The notes: generated by a model not told the origin, from the letters alone. A stretch of DNA of 63,732 bases, filler included, from Bigelowiella natans CCMP2755 (GCA_000320545.1; 5 parts of 5 records of this genome joined end to end with filler, not necessarily neighbours in it); one strand, 5' to 3'. Counted from the first letter of the whole stretch, positions 44,975-59,417 are shown. Made by a program: numbers and translations.

Positions 44975-46635
44975 CGCGTGCTGTTTCCCCTCTTTCCCCC
45001 TATCTTCTGCCTAATACAGGTGTAGTTAACACCTTGTCCTTTGTATTTGGGTCAAATTCAGCCAATTTACTTTCCATGCGGTCAATCACAGCATCTAAAA
45101 ACTGACATAATTCCCCATAAGGATCAGCATTAAACGCTCAAAACACACACTTTCGCACAGACACATACGCGCGCGGCGCGTACATGGCACATAGTGGGAT
45201 CTGAAGAAAGTGGAAAATGATGAAAAAAAAAAGAGGATATAGGCCACAAACCTTGGTGTGCAGAGGCCACCGGTCGATGAGCGACCACTTGACATCTTGC
45301 TCCATTCCTAGATTCTTCACCTGCTCACCAGTGACATCAGCGACCACGAATCGTAGAATTCAGCACACGAGCAAGCAGGGAATGAGAACAAAACACGGAT
45401 TCCGTACAACCTGACGCCACAACTCGTTCATGCTCGAACCCGTCGTTGTACACGACCTGCAAAGGCACGCATTGTCATGTCTTGCCAACATCTTGGCGCC
45501 GGAGCAATTACAATACTCAAAACGAAAACAATGATGGGATGATGAGGGGAGTGATAGAAGAGATCAATGAATGACAACCAATGAGGAAACTGTGAGAATG
45601 CAATCGCTCTTTTCACTCCGTCAGCCTTATCATTTATGCATGTGTGTGTTAGGTACCAGTCATTAAAACCATAAGATACGCAAGAGAATACTGATGCTAT
45701 TTAAGGTAAAACTTGAACGGGAAGTAACAGCGACTGCTTGCTCTGCTACTACTACTTCTACTACTACTGCCAGCTGCTGCTAATTCTACTCCACTACGAC
45801 CTCCAACCTTCATTTGGGTTAGAGCTTCTTCTGTCAGCGGGTGCGCGTATCGGAAGCAAGTATAAGCCTAATGCCATGAAGATATTCGATTATTAATGGT
45901 ACTAACACTGTTCCTAAAGAAGAAGAAACGAAGCATACAAGAGAATGCAGAAGAAGTGTAGATAATAGTGAACCTTATGAGGGGCTGATTCGGGGCTGAT
46001 TCTGTCGAGCTCCTTTTCCAGAGCTTCGCCCTGAGGTGTGCGATGAGATTTTAGTTCCAGTAACGTGGTACTATGGTAAAAATTATTTGGCTACCTGTGA
46101 TTCAGTCCACTTACGAATTGGGGACCCTCCAATTTGCTCGTACTAGTAGTAAATGACATTTCCAATGAGAAACAAAAGATGTGCAATCGTGAGCCTAGCT
46201 CAAGATAACGTGGTCGGTGGTATGTGTGCGTTGCGACCTGCTTCTCGACTTTCGGCGTTCGCATCTTGACAATGAAATTCGCCATGAGTTTCTGGAAGGT
46301 GCCACCTCCCATCTCAATGATGTCGTTGTCGTTGAACAGCCTCGACAGGAAGCTTTTTGTGTCAGATGGTTTCGAAGGGCCTGGATGCAGTAGTGTCTCA
46401 GCAACGCTCTTGCTTAGCTTTATCATGTGCTGCGCTCATGTGGTTACTATCTAATTTTCAATCTACGCTCAATTGTTATAGCCTAGAATCGAACAGAGCA
46501 GCGAGAAATATAGATACCTCCCATGTTCATCATGACGATGGCCGTCTTTGGTGTGGTCGAGGCTGCAGTCGATTTCCATCTTGCAAGGAGCCTGGCTCCA
46601 CGGCTAGATTTCCACGCGTGTCGAAACGATAACAT
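43217..46635 (-). CDS. FECH: Ferrochelatase, mitochondrial, [2Fe-2S]-cluster type; multi-exon
   Basis: Presequence MLSFRHAWKSSRGARLLARWKST, then motifs TAIVMMNMGGP, FLSRLFND, YEQIGGSPIRKWT, FRYAHPLTEEAL, FPHWSCTTTGSS, WSLIDRWPLH, LLFSAHSVPM, AWQSKVG, VPIAFTTDHIETLFEI. The C-terminus is KCLGCSKPMCRKIINPAF*. Confidence 0.95.
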
Positions 46636-47249
46636 ATGCCAGGATCACCGAGGAGAGCAAGAGCGCGTTGATTTGGAGTGGGGGGTGCTGGTGCCTCCGA
46701 TGTGGGAATCTGTGGTGAGGCAGCCGCAGTTGGTCCCCGTGCCACTCTCGTAGGCCCCGGAAAACCCATGAAATACAGGCGATTTCTTCTTTGAGACATA
46801 GGCAGTATATATTTCGAAATTGCTCTTGATTAGCGATTCGCGACATCTCTTTCCTTTCACTCATCTCCCTCCTGACAGGAAATATCGGGCTTCTCGGATT
46901 CAAGGCTGGCGCATGGGACTAAAAATATACGAAAATATACGGTAAGATGGGTGAAAGTTTCATACGAAGCAGGCAAGATAGAGCCACACCTCTAGCAGTC
47001 CTTTCCCTTTTTGGAGGCACGAAAGTACGATAAATTACGTTGTTGAAATTAGCCTAAGGTTTCCACACCAAATTGTCTCCGGGTACAGCAGCGGATTGAT
47101 TCGTGCCTACCTGGCTGACAACCTGTCGCTGAGCCTAGCTTGGCTTAATCCGAAGCATTCCAAGGGGGTCGGTAACACACATACTTCTGAGCTTAGTATA
47201 TAGCATGAGACTGCACCGAAAAAGGATCTATCTAGTGGAGGGGGAGCAT

Positions 47250-49647
47250 GGAAGCCATATGAAATGCTCAAAATCTGTTTGTCTTTCCCTGCTTCTTTTT
47301 TGTCCTTCTTCATGGCGCACACAAAGGTTGTAACAACGGTGGAGGGAGTTACGAGAGCCTCTTGGATCGACCATGGAAGAGTTCACAGAGCTGAAAAAAA
47401 ATAATAGGTCCTTAATCATCCATTATTTACGTATTGCCTCCTCCTCCTCCTCCTCCTCTAGCTCCTCTTTGACTTATCCCTGAATTTGTTCAGATATCTG
47501 CGAGTTCTTTTCTCGAAAGTATCTCTCATGCGGAAAGCGAAAGCTCTTCGAGACTTCGAACGTCGTAACCCACCCATGCCGAATGCCATCTCCGCTTTGA
47601 CTTGAACATAGCATAGTAGTAACACTAGCTGGTGATGTCTCCAGGTTATGCAAGCACGAAGGAGAAGACCATATTGACAGGTAAAGCCCCATTGCTTTCT
47701 TCCACATCGTTAATGTAACACCGCAGTTTGAACGCGCGAGCAGGAATCGATGATGATATTTGATGTCATTGTACGCTTATTTTGATGATGTGCGAAAAAG
47801 GGAATGCTGGTGGGTTTTCAGTCGTGTACAACACCATCAACTCGTTTCTCCACCAAGAAGGCAAGAAAAATAGGAGCAGCAAAGGTGATATGCTAGCTAC
47901 GGATTGCTTGTGGTTATGACAACGTCGGTGCCCGTGTGAGTTGATGTAGAGATAATGATGATGATGATGATGATGATGATAATGATAATGAGGTAGCGCT
48001 TGAATTGCTACTGCTGCAAATGATGGCAAACTACTATGATGTGGAACGTCATGAAGCAGCCATGGGAGGATACAAAGATGATGAGCATTCCTTTGTAACT
48101 CTTAGTTGTTTTTCTCCTCACTGAAATATTTCCATTACCACAGGAGATATCGACAGCATAATGTTAGATTGCTTGGACATTTTTCAATCCGCCATTAAAC
48201 ACGGTGCGACTAGCAGCTTCTTCTGCTCTAAATTAGTTGCCCCAAGATTGATTGTTGATGACAAAGGCTGCCGCTTATGACCATGCAAAATAAAGATTTC
48301 ACTTCCGTCTTCTCTCCATTAATAACCTCTGCCCTCCATGCTGCAACTTACACACCGTATTGTTATTCTAATAGGATCCTACTGGGTGGCGAAAGGTAGT
48401 AGCAGCAAACGGCATCACCACATGATATCGAGGAATTTGCCCTTGACGTCGAAATAATAGGGTTCTATCCGAGGATGATAAAAACGTATTAATCGACATC
48501 CTTCAATGACCATCAAACAGTAGCAAGACGCTTCGAGCAAGATGCGTCCTCTCGCCATCATTCCAATCCCCTCCCCTTACAAATATATCTGAACAGGCAT
48601 GCAGAACAAGTCGATGATGCTGATCATAGAATCGCTTCTCAGCTTCGACTCAGATCCGGAGGTTCATCCGACACCAAATTCAAGCATGCCTACCTTCCCC
48701 TTCCCTGAGACTAGCTTAGAGCACCCAACGTCGAGTGGTGAAACATGGCGCGCTCGTATGCTAACAAAATGCGAGACGCACACTACTTTAAACATTCCTC
48801 GACTAGCAATTTATGCTTGTGTGTGCAAGTAAGCATATCTCTATGTGCAGATTCGTCGCCGAGGCCTGAGTATCTTCCTGAGTTTTCTCTCCGCAAGGTG
48901 TCTTCTTAACCCCCCCCCTTCCCTCCCCCCCCCTCTCACTTTAAGCACGCAAGCTAATGCTGCGGAAGAAAAGTATGGACGATTATTCCGCTTTGTTACT
49001 ACATTGTTATTTATCACACAACTGTGAGAATGACTGAGTAAGGAAGAGCTATAAATGTGCGTTGTTCGGGGCGTTCGTGGTGCTGGATGTCGTTATATTA
49101 ATTGTGCCTCCTTCTTCTTCTTCTTCTTCTTCTTCTTTTCCAACAACAAATTGGGGCTATTACAGCCAGGATTATAATGACATCACGTCGACAAACTTCG
49201 TTTGTTTTTTGTTGCTTTTCGAATGCGTGCCCCTCTCCCCCTCCTCCGCATCCTTCATTTAAAATCCTATCGTTTCCATGAGCAGCATTTTTCAATTCTG
49301 CCGCGACAGCAACAATCAGCGCATATACCATACTGTTCTAGCGTCGCGGCCTCGATGCCTCAGTGCGGCGCAGCTTGCTTTGTATCACTTCCTCCTCCTC
49401 CTCCTCCTCCTCCTCCTTCCTCCTCCTCCTCCTTGCACCCACCCACTCCTCAGGATGGACTCGCAGAAGAACGCCAACATTGGGGTGAGTCAGGAGCGAA
49501 AAAGAATCTTAGAGTTATTATGCGAAGAATCAGAATAGTAGTACTATCAGCTAGTCGATGGCTTAAATAGTAATTTCACCCGTGGTGCTAGTGATTGCTG
49601 GGTTTACGACGACACTAATATATTATGATTTCATGCTGACATGTCTC

Positions 49648-49678
<31 letters not shown>

Positions 49679-49771
49679 CTGGACATCATTTTATTACATC
49701 TGTCATCAGGAGCTTATCGGCAAGTCCCTAAACCTTCTGCCATTTGCGCCGCAAAGTGTGGTTACTGCTGT

Positions 49772-49804
<33 letters not shown>

Positions 49805-50900
49805 TTCATCTTCTTCGACTTCCGTCTGGAGCGGTCCCCAGGCTCCGGTCAGTTAGGGACACCGAGAAGGGGGAAGGGTGGGAATGATGAACGGGGTGGA
49901 GTGGGGGGGGGGGGGGAGGGGGGGGATGGCATATGGTCGAGAACAGAATTAAATGCATAGGATGAGAGGGAGAATGAGTGAGATGTAGGAAGCGACACGT
50001 GAGCGAATCAAAAGTCTGAGCAAGCACGCACGCACAATATCACACGTAGATGTCCAATTCCAGCATTTGCAAACAAAGCAGTCAGTGTTGACACATTACC
50101 GGCTTCTTTGCCTCTTGTTTTTGACCTCGTATGCGAACAGGCAATTATGGCATTTAGACGGAAGAAAGATACGCCATACACGCAGCAGGTAGATGTGGGA
50201 GTGAAGCCGCTGCTGTTAGTAGCGATGGTGATGATAGTCTACTATTTTTCTCCTTCATCTTTCTTCTTCTTCTTCTTCTTCTTATGAACCCGGCGTCTGA
50301 TGCGATGATGAATGTTAACAATTATCGTCGCCGGCACGCACACGCACATGCACACTCTTCCTTTATTAGGACACAGCGAAGTTTCTGAAAGTGCTTGTGG
50401 ACTTCATTGCTAGCGAAAAACAAGGGGTGATTCATTGGCTCATTGATTGACTGATTGGCATCTTCTTCCTCGACTCGTTTGCTTCCTGTGTATAATAAAT
50501 ACGTTGATCTCATCCTTCTCCTCCTCAACCTCCTCCTCCTCCTGCTGCTGCTTTCTCAGAGTCCAGTTTCCAATCCGACGAAGTTCCGATGGTGGTTCGG
50601 GCTGTTCAAGGACCAAATATTGGCGAGGGTATAAGAGTAGACGGGGGGAGGGGGGGTAGCTGAGGATGATGAAAAGGGGGAGCGGTATTAAATAAGTCGC
50701 TGCTCGCTCTTTGAGCTTGCTTCGTGGAAATCGTCGTCGTCATTATGCTTGTGCTATCTCTGTGTGACTATTTGTCCTGACGTTCATCGTCTATTTCCTA
50801 GCTCTACCCCAATATTTGCCCCGACAGCAAATCTTCCGGAAGGTCTTTTAATATCCCCCCCCCCCCCCCCCCCCCCACTATCTTGAACCGCCTAAGCACG
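47250..50900 (+). CDS. Series of probable plus-strand exons of unknown function (either the 5' half of the FkbM gene or a separate gene)
   Basis: Short coding-like blocks lie between SSR-rich introns, e.g. VALELLLLQMMANYYDVERHEAAMGGYKDD, DSSPRPEYLPEFSLRK, ELIGKSLNLLPFAPQ and DTAKFLKVLVDFIASEKQG. I could not build a continuous model. Confidence 0.35.
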
Positions 50901-51131
50901 AACATAATACGTTAAATTTTAGATATATATATATACAGAGCGGATATAATGAGTGTATGTGGGCGCGTGTGTGTTTACCAGCGACGTTGATTCGAGCACT
51001 ACCAGCAGCACGTCACTACCGTCGTCATTGCCATCATGCCCTGGGATATTGCACGAGATCATCCTCGAGCTCCTCACCTCACACTGGCTCAATATTCCAG
51101 GTAAGTGACGACACAGTAGCAGGAAAACATC

Positions 51132-51165
<34 letters not shown>

Positions 51166-51251
51166 CGGTGACGATTCTGATGATAATGCTGCACTCGCCC
51201 TCCTTATTACGTCTTTGCGTTGAAGTGAGAGTGTGCAAACGAGGGTGGTAT

Positions 51252-51284
<33 letters not shown>

Positions 51285-51300
51285 TCTCTCTGCATATGTA

Positions 51301-51337
<37 letters not shown>

Positions 51338-53551
51338 ATATATATATAGTTCCGCTCGTTGTGGTTGGCATGGATGAAGCAAATTTGGTCTGGGAAAACG
51401 AAGCAAGACATATTGTTTAGAAACCAAAACAACAAAAGAAACTCCGATCTCACACCCCACGCACTAATTGCACACCATAGTGAAGATGGAAACACCTTGC
51501 TTTCTCGTCCTTCGTACGCATGTGTGAGCCCGCATTCATTGGTAAAAATAGGGCATCGCTCTGGAAATCCTCCGGACTTCCTTCTACCCATCCAAGGCAC
51601 GCAAGCCTTCGCTATTTGTGGTGTTGTTTGTTGCAATAGTTCTACTCTGTCGTACACCCGCACTCTCGTCTCATTTCACTCCGATACGCGTCGCCTTCTG
51701 CTTGCCTATGCAGATGTTTCCTGCGGATTTTCGGACTGATTTGATTTGATTTGGTTTGATTTGGTTTGAATTTTCCCCGTTGCGATGGTTCTGTTTTCCC
51801 TTCCCTCCCTCATCTAGGCTGAGACTGTGTTGGACGCGAAATCGTGCGTATACACACATTTAATCAGTGTTCACTTTCGCAGATATCTTCCGCAGATATA
51901 TATATATATATATATATATATGTGTACATATATTATATTGTTAATGTAATTTTGAATTTGAGTGAGTATATTTGATATGTGTTGATGTTGCTGATGTATG
52001 CGAATTGCACTACTCACTATCCATAGGTGCGAGAAGCAGAGAGTCAATTACGGGTTGCTGTCGTCTTCGTCCTTTAATACACACACACACACATTTTATA
52101 GCGCTTTCAGGGGATTGGTAGGCTTGAGNNNNNNNNNNNNNNNNNNNNNNNNNNNNNNNNNNNNNNNNNNNNTTAATTAATTAANNNNNNNNNNNNNNNN
52201 NNNNNNNNNNNNNNNNNNNNNNNNNNNNCCCCCCCCCCCCCCCCCCCCTTTCCCCGGTCCCCCAAAAAAAAACCCCAGGGTATATTCTTGGAAATGCCGG
52301 TAGCACCATTTTTTTGAGCGCCCGTGAAAAAGCCAGGGGGGTGGGGCGGTATATCTAGTGAAGGGGGGGGGGGGGGGGCAATCAGTGGACCTTGGTTAAA
52401 CTAGGAGCTGTACTTTCGTCGAGTCTAATCCATCTCTCTTATGAGATTAGTTAGCTAGTAAGTTAGTAAGGAGGGGTTTGGGGAAGTGTACATTTCTCGA
52501 GTTTAATTTCGGCGAGGAGTTCTAGCAAGGACCAGCTACATGTTGAGACGTTATGCGTATTACTACTACTACGTGTATGTTTCACCCAAATCGGTTGGGA
52601 AAGCAGCACCGTTTTCGCCATCACCCATGCAACGATAGGTTCAATTTGACACTCTGGACAATGTTTACAAATCGCACCTTCAAGGCCGATTTTCGCACAT
52701 AGATCTACTCAAAATCGATGCAGAGGGGTACTGCCTGCAGCAGCTCCAATATTAAGTGTGAATATATGGCTGAATGATGCTACGCAAAGGATGCACGCCA
52801 CCTCTCGTCGTCGTCGTCTTCTTCTTCTTCTTCTTCTTCTTCTTCTTCACATTATCATTATTACTATCATGCTACGATGTATGGTTTGCAGGTGGGATGG
52901 CTGGATCCTCCGAAACGGGTCGCGGGTAAATAGCGATGATGACGACGATGATGATGATGATGGTTGGGGGGGGTGGTACAACGGCTCAGGCTATATTTAG
53001 AAGGCCATATTTAACATGTGCTGCTATAATCATCGTCGATATCATTCTCATTATCCTCATGAAGTCATCATCACCCCATTGTTCGTGTTGGTATGATCAA
53101 CTTCTTCGTTTTCATGATCTGCATTCTCATGTAGGAGCTGGTCACCAAGAACATCGTCCGTCACATAATCTTCGAGTAACTAACTATGCAATATAATATT
53201 TATCTGAAAATATACTTATACACACCTATATGCAATATTTGCTGCCGACGATACATAGATAGGAATCATGTTCGTGTAGAAACTGATGAAATACCATCTT
53301 GGCAAAGGGGGGGGGGGGGGGGGCTCTGCGGTCAGAGGAGGACTTAAGTGGAAATTCAATGTGAAATATGCTAGTACTGCAACTGCTGCTACTACTACTA
53401 CTATACCTCAGTAGTCTTATTTGCTCATCTTGCAGATATCATGGAATAAAGGGTCAAGTGCGCTGGTACGGACAGCTCAAAGACTTCTCAGCGTGGTGAT
53501 AAACATCATGATGAGAATGGACTGCTGCTGCTGCGATGATGATGAAGATGA

Positions 53552-53583
<32 letters not shown>

Positions 53584-54222
53584 ATGATATGATGATGATC
53601 GTAATGATGATACTGAGGAGGATATTTTATGGTGATGATTTCGGTGTGATGCCAATGCGAAGTATATATGTTGGAACAAAGCCACGAACGATCATTAGTA
53701 GTATTTAACGATAACCTGCAAGCACGTCAATGATGACTCTATTTCTCCTCCTCCTCCTCCTCCTCCTCTTTTTCTTCCTCCTCCTCTTCTTCTTCTTCTT
53801 CTTCTTCTTCTATCATGATTCATTCCTACCTATTACCACTAATATGTTAGGTTGTACCAAAACGGCTACGCGTGCTTCCTGATCACATGTACGTCACTAG
53901 AAACTGATAGAACGGATTACCATATCGTGCCGCACGTGAAATGCGAGAATGATAACGACAAGATAGGGTGTGCTTGGTTGGTGTGACATATGATACTGAC
54001 GGGTGTGCGACAGGCTCCTACCTCTACCCTCTTTCCCCCCCCTTCTGGATGCCGAAATATGAATATAGGGTACTGCTAGTGGGATTCCAGATGCGGTTAT
54101 AGGGAGAGGGGGGGAAGATTGGGATGGACATCATCCTGGAAAATTGACTGTTTTTAGACAAAATTTAAAAAACAGACTTTATTCGTGATGTATTTCCCTG
54201 TGCTATCTTCATCATGATCACG

Positions 54223-54256
<34 letters not shown>

Positions 54257-54590
54257 ATATTTCACCCAATGCCATCGTTAGGGACACGGGAACGTCTTTT
54301 GCGGGCTCGCCAGAGGTTGGTTGGTTTTCTTCTTTCTCCATTGGAGAATGCTCATTTGTAGTAGGGAGGCAAAAGGGACGGGGGAGGAGAGAGGGACGAT
54401 GACGATGATGATGATGATGATAATGAGTATTATGCCGACGCGTTGCACTCGTGTATCAATACGAGGCATTTATTATATTGCGCATTATATCTCTACGCAT
54501 CGTGTAATTGTTGCTTTCCTGCTGCAAAAGATCCCAAAGTGAAGCTGGCTGAGACTTACAGAAGGTTGCGCCAATATCTACATGTATAAA

Positions 54591-54640
<50 letters not shown>

Positions 54641-55010
54641 ATAACGAACGATAATAAACGCTGAATCATGTCTTAAGACCCGGCAAGACGCATTTTGAAT
54701 AGAAACTTGGTACATCGTCCTACATACGACTAATACTACAAGTTCTCACCGAAGTGTATACACTTTCCCGCCTCTCTTCACCACCCGCGACTTGAAGGTA
54801 CTACGAAGGAGAGGGCTTTATTGGAACTGGGGAGAAGCGGAAACACCTCAGGGAGGAAACAAAGCCAGGGGTAGGTCGAGCTCAATCCCAGCTGTTGGCA
54901 CAAGCGATGAGGAGAGGATGCGTGCACATGCACACTAATTATATTTTCACATATGCTTATGTGTATATATACACATATGTATGAATAAATATAAAAATAA
55001 TATATATATT

Positions 55011-55052
<42 letters not shown>

Positions 55053-55287
55053 TACCTATGTATTTCCCCCCTCTCCCGCTTTTCTCAGAAATTTTTGGAC
55101 GTGCCGCTGAACTACACAGAGCACATAAAGGAACTAGGTAGGCAATCTTTCTCTTTTGTTTTGACAAAGAGCAAAGTATCATGATATGATGTGACGTACA
55201 CACTGCATAGGCCTTCTACTGGAAGAAGCTACCTACAGCGGTGATAGGAATTCGCACGATTCATGCTTGTTCCGCAATTTTAGATAA
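50900..55287 (+). CDS. FkbM-family (Methyltransf_21) SAM-dependent methyltransferase domain; multi-exon, spans a gap
   Basis: The spliced sequence reads VQFDTLDNVYKSHLQGRFSHIDLLKIDAEG|WDGWILRN|ELVTKNIVRHIIFE|YHGIKGQVRWYGQLKDFSAW|LYQNGYACFLI...GHGNVFCGL. LKIDxEG...IIFEYH...GY is the FkbM signature. The 5' boundary is arbitrary. Confidence 0.8.
52129..52228. other. Scaffold gap with artificial TTAATTAATTAA linker
   Basis: A 100-nt N block with the central linker. Confidence 0.97.
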
Positions 55288-55926
55288 AACTAGCAAAAAA
55301 TAGTCGAATGAAATCCTGCATGATCATGCGTTAGAATGCTAGTCCTGTGTGGCTCCATGCGTAGTAACATATGCTATCATGAGCGCGTACGTAATTATCG
55401 TACTCCCTCCACCGCGGCATGCAACTATATGTAGATGCTGTAGCTGCATGCTATCATACTCTTCTAGACTTGTTGTTTCTGTGTTAAACTGTTTCTGCCG
55501 TCTTATGTCTATGTTATGCGTGCTTTCGCGTGTGAATTAAAGACTGGGCGATAGAAACATATTGATCGACAAGCTTCAAGCGCGCCATAACATTTTATTA
55601 GTTCAAACATGCGGCGCGCGTAGTTATATTGCCTTGCTCTTTCCACATGCTACTGCTAGTGATTCATAAATTATTTCTAGAAGCTGCTGTTTGTGCTAGA
55701 ACGTGCAGATGCAATTGTGAGTAGATGGCAGCATAGCTGACTTACGCTAAGTAAATACACTGAGCTGTTGCTGTATATGTACGGCTCTTGCATATAAGCA
55801 GCTCTAGCTAGAGCTTGCGCGCGAGGACCCATGCACGTATATCTAGACACGTACGTACTATGTGTAACACGTAGCTACTTACTCGACAAATATTATATCT
55901 AGATATGTAGAGTGGCATTTTGTGCA

Positions 55927-56983
55927 TTACTCAGCAACAAGCTTATTTGCTTTTAAAAACCCCTCTGCCTTTGGAAATTTCGAGTATATGTCCTTGGTGG
56001 CCATCTGCAAGATCATATATGAAACAGAAAAGACCAAACTGAAATATTTCTTCTCATTCCCCATAGCAACAGCAGAGGCAGTATCAAGGCGTTACCTTAA
56101 AAGCTTCAAATTGAAATGGCGGCGCCACCGTGCAGCCAACAAATGAATACTCACTTCCCTAAAATGCCAAATGAATTTTAGATGAAATTATACTTACTTG
56201 TATTTGAATCGCATTTTTGCAATCACCACCACCTTATTTGGCATACTCCCGAACCACGTCCCAGCTTTGACTACATATTGAGACTAGTAACACAGGGGGA
56301 AATTATGATCAATTTCGCACCACCAGGCGGATCAGGTAACATCACATAGAACGATTATTTGTTAATTATCTGTGTGCGTAGCAATAGTAGATGACAGGGG
56401 ACAGAACCTTGTGACCCTTGGAGTAGTCACTCCCGAGTACCGTGCATCTAATAAATGATATCCAAACAACACACAACACCACGTATTTATCAGGCCCTCT
56501 ATCGAAGGAGGCTCGATGTTCACAATGCTAGGTGCATGAATACCTATATTGAGAAGGCTCGTTTTCGTCCAGCTCAATAACCTGAATACCAAAGACCACC
56601 AGAAAATCCCAGCCCACTTTATTTGTTATGTCGATCAAAGCCAATGGCTTCTACCGTCATGGGGTCCCCCTTGTAGAAGTGCCATATTTCGTCCATGTCA
56701 AGAATGTGCATGTGTGAGACGCTTCCAGGTGTGATAAGAAAGTAGATCGCTGTGCAAGACTTGCTTCTGTAGTGAATCATTCGAATACATTCAACAGCTG
56801 CTCAAATGCCGCACATACGCAACATGTTGATTGTCACCGAACTGAGCAACAATACTACCGGAACGTCTCGACGAAGAATCCACCCTCGGGATGGGGAGCG
56901 AGCTTGAAGCGATCAACGAGAGCTTTCGCTTCCGAACAGACCGTAGTAATGGTGCCCTTGGCCTCCTCCTTCGACGTCGCCAT
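55927..56983 (-). CDS. DUF985 / Cupin_5 family protein; multi-exon with short introns
   Basis: Motifs LAPHPEGGFFVETFR, CTAIYFLITPGSVSHMHILDMDEIWHFYKG, QYVVKAGTWFGS and YSFVGCTVAPPFQFEAF. Stop TAA is at 55927-55929. Confidence 0.9.
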
Positions 56984-58010
56984 GAATCGTCGTCGCCGCC
57001 CTCACCGTCGTCGTCGTCGTCGTCGCTTTGTGGTGCGAAGTCTGTGTTGCCAACATGTTCAAAGCATGTTTTCATTGGTTTTTAGGGAGAAAAATTACCA
57101 TATTTGTTCGATAAAAGGAAACATTATTCCACACTCATCATCATCACACGGGAGAGTTATTGCTATTCTTGTCTCTGCTTCTGGTAGGCGAGGAAGATGC
57201 CAAAAAAAATGGCCGTGCATGTTAGTATGTTCCCCAACATTGCGACAAGGGTTCCTTTACGGCGGAACTTCGAAACGCCATCCTTTTTGCGTTTTCTGCC
57301 TCATGCCACGCTGTCACGGGCGTTCCCGGACAATTTCGGGGGACCGCCTCCTGCGACAGACTTCGAAGATCGTCCATGCCCATCAACGAAAACACCGGAA
57401 AACATCGTAAAAAAATGTACTTGTTGGCGGTTGGCGATGCATACAACTACTACTACCACTACGACTACTCGGAGAAAGAAAGAAAAAGAACGAAGGAGGG
57501 GGTGGAACAGGTGCTGTCCCCCCCACACCCCCCCCTCCCCTTTCCCAACCCCATTCTTTTCCCATGCGAAAGCTAGGAGTGAACCTAATTCATTGAGATG
57601 TTTTGAGAAAGACTCTAGCTACAACATCAGTTTTGCGGTCGGGGGCGATGTGTTTCTCATGCTCCTGCCTTCCAAATGCCGACGGCCACCTTCCTCGTTC
57701 GGGGGGTGATTGTGTGGGAAAGATTACGAGTCTACAGTTAAAAGTGCATGCACACATTTACCTTAGGTACAAACAGTTCAAAGCAGAAAGCAAAACGGAA
57801 TCCCATTCAGCGAGAAATTGCACGTGGCGATTGTGATGAAGTCGACGTCAGCAATCTTCGGTATGCCGACTATTCCCTCTTAAATTTGAAATTGACCAAA
57901 GAAAGCCTATCTTCGAATAATAAGCTTTATTCTTCATCCGAAAGCACTGATGATTGACAGAAGCATCTTTATTTAACACGGTTCACTCTTCTTACCTCTC
58001 CACCTGACCG

Positions 58011-58463
58011 ATGCATTCAACCACAATACATGGCATTGTGTCAATAATAGGCGCCTCTTGTAGCCTAGGGCTGCTGAGAACAGGCACTCTTTTTGCACTG
58101 GCCCTCCTACTCACTCCGGAATTGGCCTCATCTTCTACTGCCACCACCCAATCACCACAGAACCCTGCTTGCGTGTATGAGAAAGGCATTCAATACGTCG
58201 GTGCGGAGCTCATAAGCATGGACATGGATTCTGAAAGCTATTGTTGCGAAGTGTGCGAGACTTTTGACGGTAGTACGATGATATCTGTCAGCTCATGCTG
58301 TCGTTCTGTTGTGGTTTCTATGCTATCGCTCTCACCAGTATCGGTCTCACCAGTACCCCCCCCCCTTTTCACTGATTCTCTCCCTTTCTTTCCATTTTAT
58401 TTTGTCGCGTTTCGCTTGAATTGACGGGAGTCACCAGTATACGAGAATAAGGAAGATGTAGCA

Positions 58464-58515
<52 letters not shown>

Positions 58516-59099
58516 AGAATAACTCAAGAATAGGAAATAGTGAAATTGGTGATGCTGCTGCTGCTGCTGCTATGTAGTGATATATCACCTTCAGCAGCTT
58601 TAACATCGTTATATCATCGACCACAATCGGTTCTTTTCCTCAATACTGCCCCAACGTTTTTATATATCAACAGATTGTGTGGGTTTCACGTACTACGAGC
58701 TGGACGGGAGATGTTCATTGCAAAGCAGCTTGCGCGGCCGTAAGGACCACAGCAAGGGGGGGGGAGAGGAGCATGGCCCTGTTGTCTCCGGCTATATTAT
58801 CACTACCTCGACTGCTTCGTCATCGTCTGCGTCGTCGTCATCATCATCATCATCATCATCATCAGTAGCATCCACATTGGAGGAAGAGTCTATATCAGAC
58901 GCATCGAGTTCTGCCATGGAAGATGATCCTGCTTTCTTCGGTAGGATGATGATGATGATAGCCAGTCGCTCGAAGATGCATATATGATTCCTCCTCCCCC
59001 CTCCCTGTCCTTCTTTTGTTAACGCGTACATTGTCCCTTCTCTCTTTCCGCACCTTCTTCTGATTCTTCCAACCCTATGCAGATGATACTACGACGAGC

Positions 59100-59131
<32 letters not shown>

Positions 59132-59317
59132 GTTGATGATGGAAGATCCCACTCAAGTATGCGACGTGTCCATAAGCGGGAAATTGCTCAACGGTAATCA
59201 TCCTTCGATGATGATGATGATGTTGATGATGATACGATGATGATGATTTTACATGAATGTTTGTGTGTTTTTTGCTGCGGCTTTTGTCACACATGTGCTT
59301 TCATTTGCCATCTCCTC
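58011..59317 (+). CDS. Secreted PAN/apple-domain protein (3' end runs toward gap)
   Basis: Hydrophobic leader (TLFALALLLTPELASS), then CVYEKGIQYVGAELISMDMDSESYCCEVCETFD|DCVGFTYYELDGRCSLQSS, which has typical apple-domain Cys spacing. Confidence 0.75.
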
Positions 59318-59417
59318 NNNNNNNNNNNNNNNNNNNNNNNNNNNNNNNNNNNNNNNNNNNNTTAATTAATTAANNNNNNNNNNNNNNNNNNNNNNNNNNN
59401 NNNNNNNNNNNNNNNNN
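59318..59417. other. Scaffold gap with artificial TTAATTAATTAA linker
   Basis: A 100-nt N block with the central linker. Confidence 0.97.

Noticed and set aside
45980-46002. Tandem GGGGCTGATTC repeat
   Set aside because: It lies inside a ferrochelatase exon (RISPESAPHK) and is a coincidental coding repeat.
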